Under the pieces are notes generated by a model that made no database searches, was not told the origin of the DNA, and saw only the letters and a list, made by a program, of their open reading frames with translations. The position numbers and the translations under genes were made by a program. Positions 26,401 to 28,582 of a stretch of DNA of 28,582 bases are shown piece by piece (the stretch's first letter is position 1; each line of letters opens with the position of its first letter). The DNA comes from a virus (lineage: Duplodnaviria > Caudoviricetes): IMG/VR virus record IMGVR_UViG_3300025372_000031, positions 1 through 28,582 of that record. The stretch is one strand, 5' to 3'.

Positions 26401-27324
26401 ATGGAAAATATACATTTAGTACTAGGATTATTACACAAGGTTATAGGTAGATCAAAACCATCTACAAAAGGCAATCACGCCTTTCATTGTCCCTTTTGCA
26501 AACATCATAAACCTAAGTTAGAGATTGATCCAAGCACAGGATTTTATAACTGTTGGACCTGTCAACCTGCTACAAAAGGTAGAAATCTAGTCAATTTACT
26601 TAAGAAACTAAAAACTACGTCCGAGCAAATAGCTGAGATGAGATCTTATTTTCCAGACGGAAAAGGTGAACAGCAAGATAAGACTTACCAAGTTGTAGAG
26701 TTACCTAAAGAATTTGAACCCTTAACTAAAACAAGCATAAAGCTTCCATTTAGACAAGCTAAATCCTACGTTTTAAAAAGAGGCTTGACTGAGACTGATA
26801 TAGTTAAGTATAACATTGGCTTTTGTGAAACAGGAAAATACCGAAACTCTATTATAGTTCCATCTTACAACGAGAATGGTAGACTAAACTACTTTATTTC
26901 AAGATCTTTTGAGAAAGATCCAACACGCAAATACAATGCACCTTCCTGCAATAAAAACGACTTAATTGGGTTTGAATACTTCATAAACTGGAAAGTTCCA
27001 GTAATTTTGTGTGAAGGTATTTTTGACGCTATTGCTCTAAAACGTAATGCGATTCCTTTGTTTGGTAAAACCATACCAAAAGCCCTAATGATGAAATTAG
27101 TACAAAGCGATGTTAAAACGGTTTATTTAGCGCTAGATAACGATGCATTAAAGCAATCGATAGATTATGCTCAACAATTATTAAACCTCGGTAAAGACGT
27201 TTATTTGATTGAATTAGAGGGTAAAGATCCATCTGAAATAGGTTTTGAAAATATGACAAAATATTTACATACAGCAAAACAGCTTACATTTAGCGACTTG
27301 CTGCTCAAGAAAATGCAATTATGA
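26401..27324 (+). CDS. DNA primase (Zn finger + TOPRIM, DnaG/T4 gp61-like)
   Basis: CPFC..H...YNCWTC zinc finger; VILCEGIFDAI, PLFGK, YLALDNDA, KDPSE. ATG 26401 is preferred over TTG 26392, which lies within the promoter. Confidence 0.9.
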   Translation: MENIHLVLGLLHKVIGRSKPSTKGNHAFHCPFCKHHKPKLEIDPSTGFYNCWTCQPATKGRNLVNLLKKLKTTSEQIAEMRSYFPDGKGEQQDKTYQVVELPKEFEPLTKTSIKLPFRQAKSYVLKRGLTETDIVKYNIGFCETGKYRNSIIVPSYNENGRLNYFISRSFEKDPTRKYNAPSCNKNDLIGFEYFINWKVPVILCEGIFDAIALKRNAIPLFGKTIPKALMMKLVQSDVKTVYLALDNDALKQSIDYAQQLLNLGKDVYLIELEGKDPSEIGFENMTKYLHTAKQLTFSDLLLKKMQL

Positions 27325-27962
27325 TAATAGAACAACGCTCAGATGAGTGGTTTAAAATTAGAAAAGGTAAGATAACAAGCTCAGAAATACATAAAATAAT
27401 GGGTGGTAAGACAGTTAATGACTTAACCGACACTGCTAAGACCTACCTACTTGAAAAGGTATCCGAAACCTATGGTGGATTTGCACAGTTAGCTCAAGGC
27501 GCTGCTTTGGAATGGGGTACTGAACTAGAGTCTTTAGCTGTGGAAAAGTACTCAGAACGAACTGGTTTTCAAGTAGATAAAGCGTCTTTTATTCCTGTTG
27601 GCGATTATTTTGGCGGTTCTCCAGATGGTTTAGTACCACCTGAAGGCATTATTGAGGTTAAATGTCCTTACAATTCATCCAATCATTTTAAGCACGGACT
27701 CATTAAAACTCCGGAAGACTTCAAGAAAATAGCACCAAACTACTATTACCAATGCATTTCTAACATAATTTGTGCAGAAGCTCAGTGGTGTGACTTTATT
27801 AGTTTCGATCCAAGAGTTGATTCTGAATATGAAATGTTTGTATTTAGGTTTAACAGAGATGAAAAAGAAGCTGAATATGTAGTAGAAAAGGTTAAAGTAG
27901 CGGCTAATTACATTAAAGAGCTGAAAGAAAAGATTGAAAACACGAGACTAATCAAAGGGTAG
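27321..27962 (+). CDS. YqaJ / lambda-exonuclease family recombination nuclease
   Basis: EQRSDEWFKIRKGKITSSE, ALEWGTELE, GGSPDGL, IIEVKCP, YYYQC, WCDFISFDPR. Confidence 0.92.
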   Translation: MIIEQRSDEWFKIRKGKITSSEIHKIMGGKTVNDLTDTAKTYLLEKVSETYGGFAQLAQGAALEWGTELESLAVEKYSERTGFQVDKASFIPVGDYFGGSPDGLVPPEGIIEVKCPYNSSNHFKHGLIKTPEDFKKIAPNYYYQCISNIICAEAQWCDFISFDPRVDSEYEMFVFRFNRDEKEAEYVVEKVKVAANYIKELKEKIENTRLIKG

Positions 27963-27971
27963 ATATTTATT
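27963..27971 (+). promoter_or_regulatory. ATATTTATT late-promoter-like motif
   Basis: Occupies the 14-nt gap before the ATG at 27977. Confidence 0.55.
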
Positions 27972-27976
27972 AGCAT

Positions 27977-28579
27977 ATGATTAATGCTGAATTACTAGGC
28001 AAAAGATTAGCCGAAGCTATTATAAACGAACCAGGTCCTTGTTTTTATCCAGGTAAGTTCAAACCACCTCACAAGGGTCACTACGAAGCAGCCAAGGATT
28101 TGGCTAGCAGAGATTATGTGAAAAAAGTCAATGTTATTATTAGTAGAAAAACTATTGATGGCATTACACCTGAAGATTCTTTGATGATTTGGAACATGTA
28201 TTTAAAAGCAGAACCTAATCCTAAGATAAGTGTTACAATTTCTACTGAAGAATCTCCCATTGTTAGTATTATCCACTACTTAGAAAACTATCCAAACGTA
28301 AGTACAGTATATGTTGCACAAGGTGATGACGAAGTAGATGACACTGAATACATAAAATCACTTCAAGATCAGTTTGGAGACAGAGTAAAAGCTATAAAAG
28401 TACACGAGAAAGCAGGCATCGTCTCAGCCCCTTATGTTAGAAATACATTAAGCAGCGGCGATTATGACAAGTTTGCTGAGACAGTACCAGAAGCAGCTTA
28501 TAATAGAGGTGTAGCACCTAAGGTTTTTAAAATGTTAGCCCCTAAAGTAAAACAAGATGATGGACAAGCAGAAGCTTAA
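27977..28579 (+). CDS. Cytidylyltransferase-like (HxGH) nucleotidyltransferase
   Basis: FYPGKFKPPHKGHY and late VSAPYVR (cf. SAT.IR) motifs. Confidence 0.8.
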   Translation: MINAELLGKRLAEAIINEPGPCFYPGKFKPPHKGHYEAAKDLASRDYVKKVNVIISRKTIDGITPEDSLMIWNMYLKAEPNPKISVTISTEESPIVSIIHYLENYPNVSTVYVAQGDDEVDDTEYIKSLQDQFGDRVKAIKVHEKAGIVSAPYVRNTLSSGDYDKFAETVPEAAYNRGVAPKVFKMLAPKVKQDDGQAEA

Positions 28580-28582
28580 TAC

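Noticed and set aside
4074-27074. Other short minus-strand ORFs and the nested + ORF 24082..24342
   Set aside because: All lie wholly or almost wholly within well-supported + strand genes and show no recognisable motifs.
1-28582. Stop-codon reassignment (as in Lak or some crAss-like phages)
   Set aside because: Code 11 gives near-complete coding density, and TAG (617, 8352, 27962) and TGA (21692, 24674, 27324) end genes at sensible boundaries.

Overview
This is a gene-dense, AT-rich window, all on the + strand, from a large contractile-tailed (myovirus/jumbo-type) phage that probably infects Bacteroidota. Gene order: 5'-truncated sigma factor; baseplate/tail module (gp5-like hub/spike pair, gp25-like, gp6-like, DNRLRE-like protein, 1585-aa wedge protein, tail-collar-like paralogs); a ~9.7 kb accessory block; then GIY-YIG nuclease, DnaG-type primase, YqaJ exonuclease and an HxGH nucleotidyltransferase. 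The best candidate for a new system is the accessory block (about 15800-25526), which appears to split an ancestral tail gene. It holds two mucin-like Thr-Pro repeat proteins flanking five sugar-modifying genes: a GT60-type polypeptide GlcNAc transferase, a GT90-like enzyme, a GT34-methyltransferase fusion, a GT-A enzyme, and a methyltransferase-HtrL-GT2 triple fusion. I infer a phage-encoded mucin-type O-glycosylation pathway that decorates the virion's tail appendages. Two promoter classes are visible: an ATATTTATA late-type motif and a Bacteroidota TTTG-N20-TAnnTTTG-like motif. All family calls come from recognising motifs by eye; no database searches were run.
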